Shown one piece after another: positions 9,061 to 17,802 of a stretch of DNA of 34,548 nucleotides. The position numbers and the translations under genes are program-made. The notes below the pieces were generated by a model. The model searched no databases. It saw nothing but the letters and a program-made list of their open reading frames with translations, and was not told where the DNA came from. Position 1 is the stretch's first letter. Every line of letters begins with the position of its first letter. Location: assembly GCA_964482585.1 (NCBI GenBank), contig CAYZYO010000002.1, positions 1-34,548 of the forward strand, written 5' to 3'. This stretch comes from an uncultured Syntrophomonadaceae bacterium. GTDB taxonomy: Bacteria; Bacillota; Syntrophomonadia; Syntrophomonadales; Syntrophomonadaceae.

Positions 9061-9402
9061 CTATTCCGGATTCTTTTCTTCATCAGCTTCTGTTTCTTCC
9101 GGCAAAATTGTGATATAAAGGACTCTCTGGTAATTATAACAACCAACAGTATTGCCATTTTCATCATAAAGGTAATTTAAAGATGAACCTCCCACGTATA
9201 CCCTTCCGTCCTCTTGTTCAATACCCAGAGTCTTAATATAGCCTGTTAAGCTTTGGCCATCAGTGAATATTATTTCTACTTGTATTAGTTTTTCTTCACC
9301 GGCATCTGAAGATTTAAGCATCTGCTGCAGATTAATATTGCAGCCGCTCACACCTAACACAAGTAGAATAAGGAAGCACGCAATAAACAGCTTTTTTTTC
9401 AT
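9061..9402 (-). CDS. Small lipoprotein, function unknown
   Basis: It has a signal peptide with a lipobox (MKKKLFIACFLILLVLGVSGC). There is a strong SD (GGGGGAGG) upstream. The ATG overlaps the stop of the upstream Lon-like gene (ATGA). Confidence 0.75.
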   Translation of the reverse strand: MKKKLFIACFLILLVLGVSGCNINLQQMLKSSDAGEEKLIQVEIIFTDGQSLTGYIKTLGIEQEDGRVYVGGSSLNYLYDENGNTVGCYNYQRVLYITILPEETEADEEKNPE

Positions 9403-11855
9403 AATCGCCTCCCCCTTCTGTTAATAGATTTACTCCCGGGCAAATAATTATTGCGTCTTTCCTTGGCGATTCGCTTCTGGTAGCTCCATTTCTTAAGTTT
9501 ATTATCTGCCAGATCATGTATGCTTCCTGGAGTATACCTGTCAGATTTATCTTTATCTCCTGCCTCTTTTCCAGTCAGGATCTCCAGGGCCTCATTTATA
9601 TGTTCAATTGCCCATATGTTAAACTTTCGGTTTCTTACAGCATTTATAACATCTTCATCCAGCATAAGATTGGATACATTATGTTTGGGAATAATAACTC
9701 CTTGTTTTCCATCTAAACCTTTATAGGTGCATACCTTATAAAACCCTTCAATTTTTTGATTAACTCCACCTATAGGCTGGATCTCCCCATTTTGGTTAAC
9801 GGAACCGGTCATAGCTATTCCCTGGAAAATAGGAACTTCTGCCAGACTTGAGATTAGAGCACATAACTCGGCAGCTGAAGCACTGTCACCTTCGATTCCC
9901 TGGTAACTCTGTTCAAATGTAAGACTGGCCGATATAGATAAGGGTTTATCCTGGGCATATTGCGCCCCCAGATACCCATTCAGAGTTAACACCCCCTTGC
10001 TGTGGATATTACCACTCAGGCGAACTTCTCGTTCAATATTCACTATACCTTTTTCACCCACAAACGTTTTCGCGGTTATCCTCACTGGTTTGCCAAAAGC
10101 ATGCTCTCCTACCTGGTAAACTGCTAAACCATTTATTTCGCCAACCTTCTGATCGGCAACATTTATCATTAAAGTTTCATCTTTAATTAGCTCTTGAATT
10201 CTTTCTTCCAGCATAGCTGAACGGTTAAATTTCTCTCTTATAGCCTTTTGTACATGTTCCGCTCCTATTATATCAACCTTATCATAGTTAGCCCATTCAT
10301 TAGCTTCATAAATAATTTCTGCCAGGTTATTAAACTGGGTAGTCATTTTATTCTGGTCTTCAGCCATACGACTTCCATAATCAACAACTGCTGCAACACC
10401 TTCCGGACTAAAATGCTTGAGTTTTTCATTTTCGCAAACACAGCTTACAAACCGGGCATATTCATTGATATGTTTTCTGGTTCTATCCATCTGTACATCA
10501 AAATCGGCTCTAATTTTAAACAGCTTCCGGAATTCTTCATCATAAGTATAAAGAAGATGATAATATAAGGCTTCTCCTATTATGACAACCTTTAATTCAA
10601 CCGGTATTGGTTCAGGTTCTAGGGTTTCCATATTAGTTAAACCAAACAGATGGCTTAAATTTTCTATTTTCATTTCCTGGTTTTTAAGCACCTTTTTTAG
10701 GGTTTCCCAAATATACGGGTTTTTTATAATATCATTAAAATGCAGTACTAAATATCCACCATTAGCCCGGTGAATTGAACCTGCTCTAATTTTAGAAAAA
10801 TCTGTGGCTAATACCCCGAATTCTCCTTCGTATTCATACTGTCCGAATAAATTCGGATAGGTCGGATCATTTTCAAAAATTATAGGTGCATGTTCTAGTT
10901 CTGAATTATCAACAATTAAATTTACTTTGTAGCGGTTGGCAAAGGTTCTTTTATTAAAACTGCGGAAAAAGTTAAATGCTAGTTTTTCTTCATCTGGTTT
11001 AACTAATATATCTAGATTAGTAAGCAGGTCTGCTTGCATTTTTTCCAGATAGCTGACAATTTCCTTGAATTGGCGGTATTTATCAAAGAGAAAACCAAAA
11101 TAGGGAACACTTACTGCTCTTGCGGTTTCTTTCTCCAGGTCTTTAATCCTTATTTTGATGAATTTTTCCAGGTGTTTATACTGCCTGAAGGCTTCATTGG
11201 ATTTTTCCTGTATAATGGCACTCTTTTTCATTAATTCAGAACGTTCTGCTTCAGGCAGAGCAAGATATTCTTCCTGGCTAAGCACCTCTCCGTCTTTTAA
11301 GGGAACAGTAGTAATGCCACTCTGGTTTTTGGTCAGAGTAAAACCATAGGAATGAGCTAATTCGTCAAGCTGAACATACATTTCATTAGTTTCTTTGACA
11401 AAGCTGTTTAGGATCTCATTTTTTTTGGACTCAAAGTCTTCGCTCTCAAGTCCTTTTATACTTTGTTTTACAGCTCGATCCACCTGAACTGAAATATCTT
11501 TTTCAAATTCTTTACCCATTCCTGCAGGCAGCTTTATTGCCTTGGGAATCTCTGGTTTACTGAAATTATAAACATAGCACCAGTCTGAAGGAACCGGCCT
11601 TTTCTTAGCCTTTTCCTCCAGCATGCTTTTAGCTAGACTTGTTTTACCGGTTCCAAAAGGCCCTGCTAGATATATATTATAATTGTTATGATTAATATCA
11701 AGCCCAAAGTCTACAGATCTAACTGCCCTGTCCTGGCCAATTATTCCTGTTAGGGGTTTTATATCCGCTGTGCTGGTAAATTTAAAAATGCTTGGTTTAC
11801 ATTTCTTACAAAGATACCTGGTATTTATTCTGTAGTTTTTGTTCATAAATAACAC
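9399..11855 (-). CDS. LonB-like ATP-dependent protease (AAA_32-type ATPase plus Lon C-terminal Ser-Lys protease domain)
   Basis: It has Walker A LAGPFGTGKTS, the catalytic Ser motif IEGDSASAAELCALISS and the downstream GGVNQKIEGF Lys motif. ATG at 11846 has the better SD spacing than GTG at 11855. Confidence 0.9.
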   Translation of the reverse strand: MLFMNKNYRINTRYLCKKCKPSIFKFTSTADIKPLTGIIGQDRAVRSVDFGLDINHNNYNIYLAGPFGTGKTSLAKSMLEEKAKKRPVPSDWCYVYNFSKPEIPKAIKLPAGMGKEFEKDISVQVDRAVKQSIKGLESEDFESKKNEILNSFVKETNEMYVQLDELAHSYGFTLTKNQSGITTVPLKDGEVLSQEEYLALPEAERSELMKKSAIIQEKSNEAFRQYKHLEKFIKIRIKDLEKETARAVSVPYFGFLFDKYRQFKEIVSYLEKMQADLLTNLDILVKPDEEKLAFNFFRSFNKRTFANRYKVNLIVDNSELEHAPIIFENDPTYPNLFGQYEYEGEFGVLATDFSKIRAGSIHRANGGYLVLHFNDIIKNPYIWETLKKVLKNQEMKIENLSHLFGLTNMETLEPEPIPVELKVVIIGEALYYHLLYTYDEEFRKLFKIRADFDVQMDRTRKHINEYARFVSCVCENEKLKHFSPEGVAAVVDYGSRMAEDQNKMTTQFNNLAEIIYEANEWANYDKVDIIGAEHVQKAIREKFNRSAMLEERIQELIKDETLMINVADQKVGEINGLAVYQVGEHAFGKPVRITAKTFVGEKGIVNIEREVRLSGNIHSKGVLTLNGYLGAQYAQDKPLSISASLTFEQSYQGIEGDSASAAELCALISSLAEVPIFQGIAMTGSVNQNGEIQPIGGVNQKIEGFYKVCTYKGLDGKQGVIIPKHNVSNLMLDEDVINAVRNRKFNIWAIEHINEALEILTGKEAGDKDKSDRYTPGSIHDLADNKLKKWSYQKRIAKERRNNYLPGSKSINRRGRRL

Positions 11856-12147
11856 CCCATCCCCAATAATCTTAAGTAAAGTGAGGAGTTAGTAGTAAGG
11901 ATTTGTTAATCATTACTTGTATTGTTATCAAGATAACCTTATGCCTTACTCCATACATTTACCCTTTTCTTTTAAGAAATACTATGCTTAAACCATAATA
12001 AATAGGAGTTTTGCACAACTCAATAATCCAACAGTGAACATCAGCTTTATAGCTTGACAGCTTTAACCCAACTGAAATCTGCGATATAGGTGTCTTGCCA
12101 GCCAGAGAGTATGTGTTCTCAATTTTAATAAAGGTCGCCTTGATATA

Positions 12148-12978
12148 TTAAAAACTAAAACTCATACCTGTTTCTCCTTTAATCACCTTTTCACCTAAGG
12201 CATTATACAGCCTGGCTGCAGCATAGAATCCTGTACAATGAGATACAATACACCTTTGAATATTATGTGATTCAAGAGCAGAAATAGTCTTTTGTATTCT
12301 TTCCTCTGAAGCCTTAACTAAATGGGTTCCTCCTATAAATGCTAAGACATCTGACCTCCCTATTTTCTTAATACTGTAGTTTATAGTATTTATTATACCT
12401 GAATGGGCACACCCGCTTATAATTATTAAACCATCCGGATGATTGATCACTAATGCCATATCATCTGGTATTTTATCCTCTTCAAAACTTCCATTAACTT
12501 CAACCAGGAATTTTCCTCCTACATCTTCATATTCTGTTATTCTAGGTATTTCACCGGTTGTAAATACACCGGGAAATATTTCATAAAACCCATCAGTAAA
12601 AATAATTTCACTACCGGTACCAACTATATCCTGCTTTGAAAACACGCATCCTATATCCCGAAACTGGTTATTTCCCGCAGGCACAAACCGTTTAGCAAAA
12701 ATATTAGAGTGGGCATAGATTTTATTCTTACCATACTCTTGCAAAAAGGGCACAACTGCACCTGTATGGTCAAAATGTCCATGACTGATTACTACAGAAT
12801 CAATATCATCGAGCCTTATTCCCAAGATTTCACTATTCTTAAATACTGCATCTGAACTGCCAGCATCAAATAATATTTTTTTATTATCTACTTCAACTAG
12901 AGCTGAAAAACCGTATTCTCCCACCAGTGGTGCAACCGGGGTTGTGTTTTCTACAAGAATGGTAATCTTTATCCTCAT
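12148..12978 (-). CDS. MBL-fold metallo-hydrolase
   Basis: It has the HxHxDH motif (ISHGHFDHTG) plus downstream His and Cys ligands. The second ATG (12978) sits 7 nt after GGAGG, which lies inside the first track codons. Confidence 0.85.
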   Translation of the reverse strand: MRIKITILVENTTPVAPLVGEYGFSALVEVDNKKILFDAGSSDAVFKNSEILGIRLDDIDSVVISHGHFDHTGAVVPFLQEYGKNKIYAHSNIFAKRFVPAGNNQFRDIGCVFSKQDIVGTGSEIIFTDGFYEIFPGVFTTGEIPRITEYEDVGGKFLVEVNGSFEEDKIPDDMALVINHPDGLIIISGCAHSGIINTINYSIKKIGRSDVLAFIGGTHLVKASEERIQKTISALESHNIQRCIVSHCTGFYAAARLYNALGEKVIKGETGMSFSF

Positions 12979-13184
12979 TGTTAATGCCTCCATTTATATA
13001 GTCCTAAATAAATATTTATATATTTAACTGTTCATTTCCTCTATTTTTAGCTCTTATCTACACTAAAAAGCGCCCTTATTCATTTACTAATAATAGATCT
13101 TTATTTATATTATAGGTTTTTAATCCTGCTTTGCACCATAGTAAAATACCGTTTTCACTCCTAAAAGTAATATTTAAATGAGGT

Positions 13185-13382
13185 TTGCCTAATTCAGGAT
13201 GACAGTCAAGCCAGAGTCTGAATTCTCCTGTACGGATGCAGGAGTTCTAATGATAAAATAACTATTATGAAAATCCTCATTTGTAAATTATATAAATTCA
13301 TTAAATAATTTGTTAAATTAGGGGAGACTTCAGTCTCTCGATTTATACTATTTTTACCAACCGGAGTCTAACCTCTCCTCTA
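13185..13382. repeat. Degenerate copies of the GTAG-hairpin (REP-like) module and its spacer
   Basis: 13191-13235 (AATTCAGGATGA...CCAGAGTCTGAATTCTCCTGTACGG) parallels the spacer plus right arm of the element at 15670-15718. 13321-13340 and 13361-13382 form a degenerate inverted pair of the same module. Confidence 0.5.
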
Positions 13383-13425
13383 AAAATACGTTAATACGTC
13401 AAATATTAATACTATAGATAATAAA

Positions 13426-15387
13426 CTAATCCCACCAATTATATTCATTATCATCGTTTTCATCAATACCTTGATATCTCAACCACCATTTGATTCCCGG
13501 GAGATGTTCCCAGCAAACTTCTTCTGGTTCAGTCCCTTTAATAAAAGCCATATCCATAGTCCGCGGACAGGACTCACAGGCTATCATCCCTGTATCAAGG
13601 CAGATATTGATAATATTGATATCCCCTGGACGCTTAAATTCTTCCACCGGCAGCTTTACCGATGCATTCCTCAAGAAATTTGCCCAGATAGGTCCTGCTA
13701 CTACTGATCCAGGAAGGTTTACATTTTTTTCTTTATCATAACCTACCCATACTGCACAACATAATCTGGGGGTATATCCTACAAACCAGGCATCTTTATA
13801 CTCATCGGTGGTTCCTGTTTTACCAGCTGCCGGCCTTCCAACAATACTTTTCAGACCTTCGCCGGTACCCCCCGGTTCCAGAACCCCTTTTAGCATGTCA
13901 GTAATTATATAAGCATTATTGGCACCAATCACCCTTTTGGATATTGTTTCATTCTGTTCTAAGACATTACCCTGGCTATCTACTACCTTTAATATAAATA
14001 CCGGTTTACAGTAAATTCCCTGGTTGGCAAATACTGCATAGGCCGCTGCCAAATTCACCGGGGTTACTTCATTGGCACCTAATGGCAAAGATAATACCGG
14101 CTTAATTCCTGAAAACCCGAAGTTTTCAGCATGAATAGCTGTATTTGTGGGTCCGAGCATATCATTTAAACGTACCGCGACAACATTGTCTGACTTTGTT
14201 ACCGCCTCTTTTAAAGTAAATTTCCTCCAATGATACGGTTCAGGCCCATAATCTGTCGGCGAGTATATATCACCATTTGGCAGTTTAAACTCCACTTCTT
14301 CACACATAATCATGTCTGCAGCCGTATAATTCCAATCTATGGCCAATGAATACATAAAAGGCTTAAAGGTAGACCCTGGCTGCCGCTGAGCAAAAACCCG
14401 GTTATAATTTGAAGCAGCATAGTCTCTTCCCCCTATAAGGGCTCTAATCTCTCCATTTCTTACATCTAATGCCACCAATGCAGCCTGCAAATCTTTTTCC
14501 TGTCCCTGCATAGTATTTATATAAGCTGTATTCGCAGCCTTTTGCATATCTAGATCCAGAGTAGTAAAAATCTGCAGGCCTCCCTGGACAACCATACGTT
14601 CCCCATATGTTTGACTAAGCTGTTCCTTAACCATGGCTATAAAATATGGGGCATCTCCTTCCATGTATTTAACCTGCCGGAAATCAAGTTCAACTTCCAG
14701 TGCTTCCTGCATCTGATTTTGGCTTATCATCTCTTCTTCAACCATTCTCTGTAAGACTACTGCCTGTCTTTTTAGTGCTTCATCTGGATTCACATAAGGA
14801 TCATAGTGGCTGGGCCAATTAGTTAAACCTGCCAAAAGACTTGCTTCAGATAGATTTAAATCTTTTGCATTCTTCCCAAAAAAAGTCCGGGCAGCCATCT
14901 CCACTCCATAGGCTCCATGCCCAAAATAAATAGTATTGCAATACATGGCAAGTATTTCATCTTTACTGTAACTGCGTTCCAATTGAAAAGCATAAAACAG
15001 TTCCTTGATTTTTCTGGCTACGGTCTTTTCATTGGTTAAAAACAGATTCTTAGCTGTTTGTTGGGTTATGGTACTGCCCCCAGCTGCGATTCGTCCTTCT
15101 TTAATGTTTATCCAAAATGCTCTTAATATACCGGTAATATCTATACCATAATGCTTATAGAAGTTCTTATCCTCAACCGCAATTATTGCCCGGGTAAAGT
15201 CATCAGGTATCTCTTCTAACGCAATGCTAATACTATTCTGCTCTGATAAACCCCTAATGGGTTTACCACTTATATCATACACTGTAGAAGGTTCGGGCAT
15301 TTCTATATCAGGCAGGCTCCAGGTGAAAGCACAGCTACAGAAAAACAATAGTGCCGCTGAAAGCCATAAAATATAGTTTTTTTTCAT
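13426..15387 (-). CDS. Class A penicillin-binding protein (bifunctional glycosyltransferase/transpeptidase, PBP1A type)
   Basis: GT51 motifs are EDKNFYKHYGID, GGSTITQQ and RKIKE. Transpeptidase motifs are STFKP (SxxK), SDN and KTGT. There is an N-terminal membrane anchor. ATG at 15387 is preceded by AAGGAGGGGG. Confidence 0.9.
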   Translation of the reverse strand: MKKNYILWLSAALLFFCSCAFTWSLPDIEMPEPSTVYDISGKPIRGLSEQNSISIALEEIPDDFTRAIIAVEDKNFYKHYGIDITGILRAFWINIKEGRIAAGGSTITQQTAKNLFLTNEKTVARKIKELFYAFQLERSYSKDEILAMYCNTIYFGHGAYGVEMAARTFFGKNAKDLNLSEASLLAGLTNWPSHYDPYVNPDEALKRQAVVLQRMVEEEMISQNQMQEALEVELDFRQVKYMEGDAPYFIAMVKEQLSQTYGERMVVQGGLQIFTTLDLDMQKAANTAYINTMQGQEKDLQAALVALDVRNGEIRALIGGRDYAASNYNRVFAQRQPGSTFKPFMYSLAIDWNYTAADMIMCEEVEFKLPNGDIYSPTDYGPEPYHWRKFTLKEAVTKSDNVVAVRLNDMLGPTNTAIHAENFGFSGIKPVLSLPLGANEVTPVNLAAAYAVFANQGIYCKPVFILKVVDSQGNVLEQNETISKRVIGANNAYIITDMLKGVLEPGGTGEGLKSIVGRPAAGKTGTTDEYKDAWFVGYTPRLCCAVWVGYDKEKNVNLPGSVVAGPIWANFLRNASVKLPVEEFKRPGDINIINICLDTGMIACESCPRTMDMAFIKGTEPEEVCWEHLPGIKWWLRYQGIDENDDNEYNWWD

Positions 15388-15457
15388 AGACCCCCTCCTT
15401 TTTCCTAAATTACCCACTGCTGAGGGTCTTTATCCACCTTTTTCTTAATTTAACCCC

Positions 15458-15806
15458 TCCATGCCCTGAGGGCACAACCCCTTATGAAAACAAAGAGATG
15501 ATTAACCACAGATAAACACAGATTTCGCACAGATTCACGCAGATTTTTTGGTTTTGTTGTGATAGGTATCTGGAACAATTATAATATTTTACCTTAACTA
15601 TGCAGTTAATCCCTAATTCTTATACTGTACCGTATCTTATACTGTACGTAGAGGCGACTTCAGTCGCCGGCTAGGTGGAATTCAGGATGAAAGGGCGGCG
15701 ACTGAAGTCGCCTCTACGGTTCTATCCGGTCGCTGCGGTTTCCCCCAAACCAGTGCGCAGCCAAATTATCTAAGTAAGGTGGTTGTACTAAGCATTTGTT
15801 TTTTTA
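15458..15806 (+). repeat. Composite intergenic repeat, copy 1 (hairpin, CRCAGAT heptad array, promoter-like block, direct 13-mer repeat, REPIN doublet, 3' tail)
   Basis: It aligns by eye over about 300 nt with the reverse complement of 22719-23030 and, for its right half, with 26410-26631. It contains a perfect 23-bp inverted repeat, 15647-15669 / 15696-15718. Confidence 0.85.
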
Positions 15807-15839
15807 CTAGATAGCTAAAAATAAATAGGGTTTAAAAAT

Positions 15840-15882
15840 ATATGCCCCTTATAAGGCTGGTATTACCTTATAAGGGGCATAT
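15840..15882 (-). terminator. Intrinsic terminator after the DUF47 gene (potentially bidirectional)
   Basis: It has a perfect 17-bp stem ATATGCCCCTTATAAGG / CCTTATAAGGGGCATAT with a 9-nt loop. On the minus strand it is followed by AUUUUUAAA. Confidence 0.75.
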
Positions 15883-15897
15883 GATTGTTTAATATTA

Positions 15898-16536
15898 CTA
15901 AGAATATTTAATAACCAGATAGGAAATAAACCCGGCTGTATCAAGCAGCTGATCCTGGGCTCTTAAAATACCTTTATATAAATCCTGTAATTTAATTATT
16001 CTAACCGGATCTTCCTTATTATGCAGCAGACGAGCAAAACCGTTTATATAAAGATTATCCTGGGTTTTTTTTAGTTTTCTTATTTTCTCACAGCATTTTA
16101 ATATTTCTCTCCGGTTAAGTTCAACTCTATTAATAAGCCTTAACGCCTTTTTCTGCAGGAGTAATGTCTTATATAAGATTTTAACCATCACTCTTATTCT
16201 ATCATCTATCTGATCTTTATAAAGAGTAAGGCTTTCAAAAATACCATTAATATTGTTAAGACTATTTGAGGGTTTTTCTCCCAGTTTAAAAATATCTTCC
16301 CTATCAAATGGTAGTATATACCTGGTATTTATTGTTTTAACTAATACTTTTAGATTCTGCTCGGCTTCATGCCCGCTGGCAGTTACTTTGGCTAGTTTTA
16401 ATTCACGATTAAGGGAATCAATGCTATAATTTACTAATAGATTTCCGCCTCTGACTGCTATTTGGGCACTTTTCCCAATTAGCCCAAATAAATCTTCCTC
16501 CGGCCTTCCCAGTAATTGCAAATCCATCCCCCTCAT
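15898..16536 (-). CDS. DUF47 (PhoU-like, YkaA/TIGR00153-type) family protein
   Basis: It is a helical protein with the family hallmark ILPFDREDIFKLGE. The start is ambiguous (ATG 16536, ATG 16527 or TTG 16521). It lies 8 nt downstream of the radical SAM gene. Confidence 0.65.
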   Translation of the reverse strand: MRGMDLQLLGRPEEDLFGLIGKSAQIAVRGGNLLVNYSIDSLNRELKLAKVTASGHEAEQNLKVLVKTINTRYILPFDREDIFKLGEKPSNSLNNINGIFESLTLYKDQIDDRIRVMVKILYKTLLLQKKALRLINRVELNRREILKCCEKIRKLKKTQDNLYINGFARLLHNKEDPVRIIKLQDLYKGILRAQDQLLDTAGFISYLVIKYS

Positions 16537-16544
16537 ACGATATT

Positions 16545-17423
16545 TTATAAGGCTCTTAGATAATCCGGTCGTAAATACTCCCTATCGTTTTTGCGAATAA
16601 TTTCATCGATTAACTGAATCATTTTTTCTTTATCTTCAGGTAATCTTCCTTTTATCGGCAGATAATTGGAAGCATGATTGCTCCTAAATTCTGTCCCTTT
16701 TACATCAAGGTTCTTTATAATAATCCGCAGCTCGTCCAGGATTTCAAACGGGCCTGGAAGCTCAAATTCTTCCTTTTCCATTCTCCGGTATAACACTGTC
16801 CCCGGTACCAGCATGAGAGTCAAAGCTGCTAGATAATCCGGGTTTATTTCATTACATATTTTTGCCGTGTTTTTAGCATGTTCTACCGCTTTTGGAGTCC
16901 GTCCAGCTAAACCTAGAATTATAGTTACTGATAAAGTGATTCCGGCATTACGAATCATCTTACCTGCTTCCACCATATCATTATAGGTTACACCCTTTTT
17001 TATCTCTTTTAATAAGTGAGAATCGCCGGTTTCAACACCAAGATAAGCAATGGTTAAACCTGCAGCTTTTAATGATGTTAGTTCCGAAACGCTTTTATTT
17101 AAAATACTATCCGGGCTGGCATAAATCCCTACATGATGTAAACCTGGAAATACTTCATATAGATTGTTTAATATTTCAATTAAATCCACAGTATCCATTG
17201 CTAGAGCATCCCCATCAGCCAAAAATACTTTCCCCAGGTCTCCATAATAGTCCCGTGCCATTTTAATGTCCTGCTTAATTTCCTTAATTGACCTTATCCG
17301 GTATTTTTTATCCTTGTACATACCACAAAATGTACATCTATTATGACTACAGCCTACTGTACACTGTAGTATACAGCTCCTGGCTTCACTTGGGGGCCTG
17401 TAAATACTACCTTCATATCTCAT
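16545..17423 (-). CDS. Radical SAM protein with a CX4CX2C cluster motif, function unknown
   Basis: The N-terminus is EGSIYRPPSEARSCILQCTVGCSHNRCTFCGMY. The body is TIM-barrel-like with GD/GxE motifs. SD is AGGAGG 7 nt before the ATG. Confidence 0.8.
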   Translation of the reverse strand: MRYEGSIYRPPSEARSCILQCTVGCSHNRCTFCGMYKDKKYRIRSIKEIKQDIKMARDYYGDLGKVFLADGDALAMDTVDLIEILNNLYEVFPGLHHVGIYASPDSILNKSVSELTSLKAAGLTIAYLGVETGDSHLLKEIKKGVTYNDMVEAGKMIRNAGITLSVTIILGLAGRTPKAVEHAKNTAKICNEINPDYLAALTLMLVPGTVLYRRMEKEEFELPGPFEILDELRIIIKNLDVKGTEFRSNHASNYLPIKGRLPEDKEKMIQLIDEIIRKNDREYLRPDYLRAL

Positions 17424-17555
17424 ATTTTACCTCCTAAAATTCAAGGATATTTTTATAACTTTTTACATTTAGTCTATTATAATCTAGCCATAAATAACAG
17501 TGATATTGAGAAAAATAATTGCGAAGTGTGAGCAGAATTTAAGGGGGTTTTTTTC

Positions 17556-17747
17556 TTGGGTAGGAAAAAGGGACTAATGTCTGAACAGCTAAAATATGAA
17601 ATTGCACGCGAACTAGGTGTAGATCAAACTGTATCTACACAGGGTTGGGGGGCTGTGAGCTCAAGAAACTGTGGTAACATGGTAGCTAAAGCGATTGAAA
17701 TAGCTCAAAGAAATATTCCTTACCAGAACAACCAAAACTTAAAATAA
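17556..17747 (+). CDS. Alpha/beta-type small acid-soluble spore protein
   Basis: It has KYEIARELGV ... SSRNCGNMV, characteristic of the SspA/B family. The start is TTG (17556, GGGGG 8 nt upstream) or the internal ATG at 17577. Confidence 0.85.
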   Translation: MGRKKGLMSEQLKYEIARELGVDQTVSTQGWGAVSSRNCGNMVAKAIEIAQRNIPYQNNQNLK

Positions 17748-17758
17748 CTCACACTTTT

Positions 17759-17783
17759 ATCGGGGGTAAAAATTACCCCCGAT
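17759..17783. terminator. Hairpin between the convergent SASP and aminomutase genes
   Basis: The sequence is ATCGGGGG-TAAAAATTA-CCCCCGAT, an 8-bp GC-rich stem. The U-tracts are poor on both sides, so terminator function is plausible but not certain. Confidence 0.5.
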
Positions 17784-17802
17784 ATCATAATTATCTATTT
17801 TA

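Noticed and set aside
9399-11855. The Lon-like protease as a BREX BrxL-type or other defence-island component
   Set aside because: No PglZ, PglX, BrxA-C, methyltransferase or other defence genes are adjacent. The architecture (AAA_32-like ATPase plus LonB-type GDSAS protease) and the housekeeping neighbours fit a conserved chromosomal protease.
15430-15511. DnaA-box-like nonamers (TTATCCACC at 15430-15438 and TTAACCACA at 15502-15510, the latter also present in copy 2), which could suggest a replication origin
   Set aside because: There are only two 8/9 matches, and one of them is simply the first heptad of the CRCAGAT array. There is no AT-rich unwinding element and no dnaA or dnaN context. 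The sequence is part of a multi-copy repeat.
15571-15585. A sigma-54-like TGGAAC-N5-TAATA element in the composite repeat
   Set aside because: The -12 GC dinucleotide is absent at the required spacing from the GG. The sequence is better read as the spacer and -10 of a sigma-A-type promoter.
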